Shown piece by piece: positions 5,611 to 8,047 of a stretch of DNA of 8,047 bases. The notes beneath the pieces were generated by a model, which did not search any database, had not been told where the DNA came from, and saw only the letters and a program-made list of their open reading frames with translations. The position numbers were made by a program, and so were the translations under genes. Every line of letters begins with the position of its first letter. Within the stretch, counting starts at the first letter, position 1. The stretch lies in the IMG/VR virus record IMGVR_UViG_2609459846_000016; one strand, written 5' to 3'. This stretch comes from a virus. Lineage: Duplodnaviria; Heunggongvirae; Uroviricota; Caudoviricetes.

Positions 5611-7176
5611 ATGTCCAGAAAGAGAAAATCCAGGAGCACTATGGAAACCTGTTTTAAGATCCTTCAGCTCAAGTTCGACAAGAAGCTGACTAACCGTTGT
5701 ATCGGACTGACGTTACACATCAGCGCCTCAACCGTTTTTGAGGTTCTTGCCCGCTTCAAAGCCTCTTCTCTGTCATGGCCATTACCTGCTGATATATCCC
5801 ATGACACGCTGGAGAAACTCATTTTTCCGCCCAAAGACACCTTTGCATCAGAGCTTGTAATGCCTGACATGTTGTACTTCGATACGGAAATGAGAAAACC
5901 AGGTGTGACGCGGCAACTGTTGTGGATGGAATACAAGGCACAGGCGGGTGACAAAGCGATGGGATACTCGCACTTCTGCCGTTGCTACCGGGAGTGGAAA
6001 AAAACGCGACGTCTCTCCATGCGCCAGGAGCATCGTGCCGGCGAAAAGCTTTTTATCGACTTCTGTGGTCCTACGGTTCCTGTTATTAATCCGGACACCG
6101 GTGAGATACGCCGCGTGGCAATCTTCGTGGCCGTAATGGGGGCGTCCAACTATACCTACGTTGAAGCGTGCGAAGGTCAGGACATGATGTCATGGTTAAA
6201 TGCCCACAGCCGTTGCCTGACCTTCCTGGGCGGCGTACCGAAGCTGCTCATCCCCGATAACCTCAGAAGCGCAGTGAAAAAGGCCGATCGCTATGAGCCT
6301 GTCATCAACGACAGTTATCAGGCACTGGCTGAGCACTATGGCACGGTTATCATCCCGGCCCGACCACGCAAACCTAAAGATAAACCAAAAGCAGAAAACG
6401 GCGTCCTCATCGTCGAACGATGGCTTCTTGCCCGCATCCGTAATGAAACCTTCCACACGCTCAGGGCGCTGAATGCGCGCCTTAGGGAGTTACTGACAGA
6501 CATGAATAACCGGCCAATGAAGGGGTACGGCAATCAAACCCGTGCAGAACGCTTCCGCATACTGGATGCGCCAGCACTCTCTCCGCTGCCTCTGGCACCT
6601 TATGAATACACGGAATACAAAGCTGTGAAGGTTGGCCCTGACTACCACGTTGAATATGCCCGTCACTGGTACTCCGTTCCACACGAACTGGTCGGTCAGC
6701 GTCTGTCACTGAAGGCGGGGCAGTCGGTGGTACAGCTCTGGCACAAGGGGCAGTGTGTGGCGCAACATCCGCGCAGCACACATGAATATAAACACACAAC
6801 CAATCCGCTTCACATGCCAGAGCGCCACCGGCAGCACGGGACATGGACACCGGAACGCCTGATCGAGCAGGGAAAACGTACGGGCCCGTCCACAGGCCGG
6901 GTGGTTGAATCCATGCTGAAGGCAAAACCCCATCCGGAACTGGCTTATCGTGCAGTTCTGGGGCTGCTGGCACTTCAGAAAAAATACGGCCCGGAACGGC
7001 TGGAAAAGGCCTGTTACGTTGCCCTGCACTATAACGCCCCTGACAGACGCTTTATCGACAATCTGCTGCGTCACCATCGGGAGAACCTGGAGCTTCCATT
7101 ATCCCGCCAGGGCGAACAACATCCGGCATATGCTTCAGAGCATGAAAACCTGCGTGGTCCGGGCTACTACCACTGA
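5611..7176 (+). CDS. istA: IS21-family transposase IstA (N-terminal HTH plus DDE integrase core)
   Basis: 521 aa from ATG 5611 (GGAGA at 5601-5605). Motifs typical of IstA: FIDFCGP, FVAVMGASNYTYVE, FLGGVPKLLIPDN, KPKAENGV. The track start at 5530 is a TTG inside the terminal repeats and is rejected. An alternative ATG at 5641 also has an AGGAG 4 nt upstream. Confidence 0.9.
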   Translation: MSRKRKSRSTMETCFKILQLKFDKKLTNRCIGLTLHISASTVFEVLARFKASSLSWPLPADISHDTLEKLIFPPKDTFASELVMPDMLYFDTEMRKPGVTRQLLWMEYKAQAGDKAMGYSHFCRCYREWKKTRRLSMRQEHRAGEKLFIDFCGPTVPVINPDTGEIRRVAIFVAVMGASNYTYVEACEGQDMMSWLNAHSRCLTFLGGVPKLLIPDNLRSAVKKADRYEPVINDSYQALAEHYGTVIIPARPRKPKDKPKAENGVLIVERWLLARIRNETFHTLRALNARLRELLTDMNNRPMKGYGNQTRAERFRILDAPALSPLPLAPYEYTEYKAVKVGPDYHVEYARHWYSVPHELVGQRLSLKAGQSVVQLWHKGQCVAQHPRSTHEYKHTTNPLHMPERHRQHGTWTPERLIEQGKRTGPSTGRVVESMLKAKPHPELAYRAVLGLLALQKKYGPERLEKACYVALHYNAPDRRFIDNLLRHHRENLELPLSRQGEQHPAYASEHENLRGPGYYH

Positions 7177-7192
7177 CAGAAGGAACAACAGT

Positions 7193-7948
7193 ATGAGTGA
7201 TAACCTGTTAAACAAACTGACCCAACTGAAACTCCCGGCGATGGCCGGGAGCCTGATACGGCAGCGGGAAACGCCTCAGACCTACGACGAACTGTCGTTC
7301 GAGGAAAGGCTGACGCTGCTGGTTGATGACGAGCTTCTGAGCAGGGAAAACAGCCGTGTGGCACGGTTGAGAAAAAATGCCGGCCTGAAATACCAGGCAA
7401 CACCGGAAGGGCTGCGCTATCCGGCCTCAAGAGGTCTGCGGGCTGAACAGATGAGAGAACTGCTGAACGGCCACTACATAACCCACAGGAAAAACCTGCT
7501 GATAACCGGTCCGACAGGATGTGGCAAGAGCTGGATAGCCAATGCACTGGGCGAACAGGCATGTCGACAGAAACACAGCGTCCGGTACTGTAGAACCGGG
7601 CGATTACTGGAACAACTGGCTCAGGGACGTGTTGATGGCAGCTGGCTGAAATATCTGAAACAGTTGCAAAAAATACAGGTTCTAATCCTGGACGATCTGG
7701 GGCTGGAACAGTTAAGTAACGCCCAGTGTAATGACCTTCTGGAGCTCATAGAGGATCGTTACGGACAAAGCAGCACGATAGTGGTAAGTCAGTTCCCGGT
7801 AGATAAATGGCATGGTCTGATGGAGAACCCAACAACAGCAGATGCCATCCTGGACAGACTGGTACATAACTCACACCGGGTGGTCCTTCAGGGAGAGTCA
7901 CTGAGGAAAAATCCCCCGGTAGTGGAAAGCAGCGAAAAAACGCGTTAA
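7193..7948 (+). CDS. istB: IS21-family helper ATPase IstB (DnaC-like AAA+)
   Basis: 251 aa from ATG 7193, 16 nt after the istA stop. Walker A GPTGCGKS and Walker B VLILDDLG are present. The track ORF begins at 6950, overlapping istA; 7193 is preferred. Confidence 0.9.
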   Translation: MSDNLLNKLTQLKLPAMAGSLIRQRETPQTYDELSFEERLTLLVDDELLSRENSRVARLRKNAGLKYQATPEGLRYPASRGLRAEQMRELLNGHYITHRKNLLITGPTGCGKSWIANALGEQACRQKHSVRYCRTGRLLEQLAQGRVDGSWLKYLKQLQKIQVLILDDLGLEQLSNAQCNDLLELIEDRYGQSSTIVVSQFPVDKWHGLMENPTTADAILDRLVHNSHRVVLQGESLRKNPPVVESSEKTR

Positions 7949-7974
7949 AAAGCGGTAGAAAAAGTTAAGTTCCC

Positions 7975-8047
7975 GGTTGATCGAATGGATGCGAATCGCT
8001 GATCGGACTTCGATGCCAATCCGTGATCGAATAGAGCGGAATACGCA
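7975..8047. repeat. Right-end terminal repeats of the IS (inverted copies of the left-end unit), truncated by the window edge
   Basis: The reverse complement of 8004-8027 is CGATCACGGATTGGCATCGAAGTC, and of about 7983-8003 is CGATCAGCGATTCGCATCCAT. Both match the left-end unit in inverted orientation. Only two units are visible before the window ends. Confidence 0.6.

Larger units (their letters stand above)
5407..8047 (+). mobile_element. IS21-family insertion sequence (istA-istB), right end outside the window
   Basis: Adjacent istA and istB genes are flanked by multiple copies of a ~23-bp motif (core TTTGGCAT / CGATCA): direct copies on the left, reverse-complement copies (ATGCCAA) on the right. 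The left terminus is estimated at TGTGCAAAATGGCATC (about 5407). The matching right terminus is not seen before base 8047. Confidence 0.8.

Noticed and set aside
5664-7562. Minus-strand and alternate-frame ORFs inside istA/istB (5664..5954, 5848..6033, 5948..6136, 6196..6456, 6336..6533, 6482..6973, 6490..6684, 6706..7077, 7167..7562) and the 6950 start for istB
   Set aside because: They are embedded in well-supported transposase genes and have no motifs. The istB start at 7193 follows the istA stop with an RBS.
1-8047. tRNA genes, a phage attachment site or rho-independent terminators
   Set aside because: I could not find convincing cloverleaf-forming segments or GC-rich hairpins followed by T-runs by eye. 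The intergenic gaps are short and carry an RBS, consistent with one continuous late operon.

Overview
This window reads as the distal baseplate and tail-fibre module of a Mu-like/P2-like prophage (Enterobacteriaceae-type sequence), interrupted on its right side by an IS21-family insertion sequence. All calls come from reading the sequence and the supplied ORF track, with family assignments from remembered motifs; no database search was run. Gene order on the + strand: a baseplate gene whose 5' end lies upstream of the window (2..214), a Baseplate_J/gp47-like gene (201..1283), a DUF2313/YmfQ-like tail gene with an unusual repeat-containing C-terminal extension (1283..2242), a low-GC 349-aa ORF of unknown function (2266..3315), a tail-fibre gene (3346..4455) and a tail-fibre assembly gene (4470..5000). 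Downstream, 5303..5328 is a near-consensus Gin/Hin/Pin/Cin-type crossover site that encodes the conserved fibre motif NLGLQETV on the minus strand, attached to a truncated fibre fragment. I read this as the relic of an invertible host-range switch; no invertase gene is present in the window. Where the invertase would be expected, an IS21-family element begins (about 5407) with an array of five to six tandem ~23-bp terminal repeats, followed by istA (5611..7176) and istB (7193..7948). Its right end runs off the window. The most interesting unexplained item is the 349-aa ORF inserted between the DUF2313 gene and the fibre gene, together with the extension on the DUF2313 protein.
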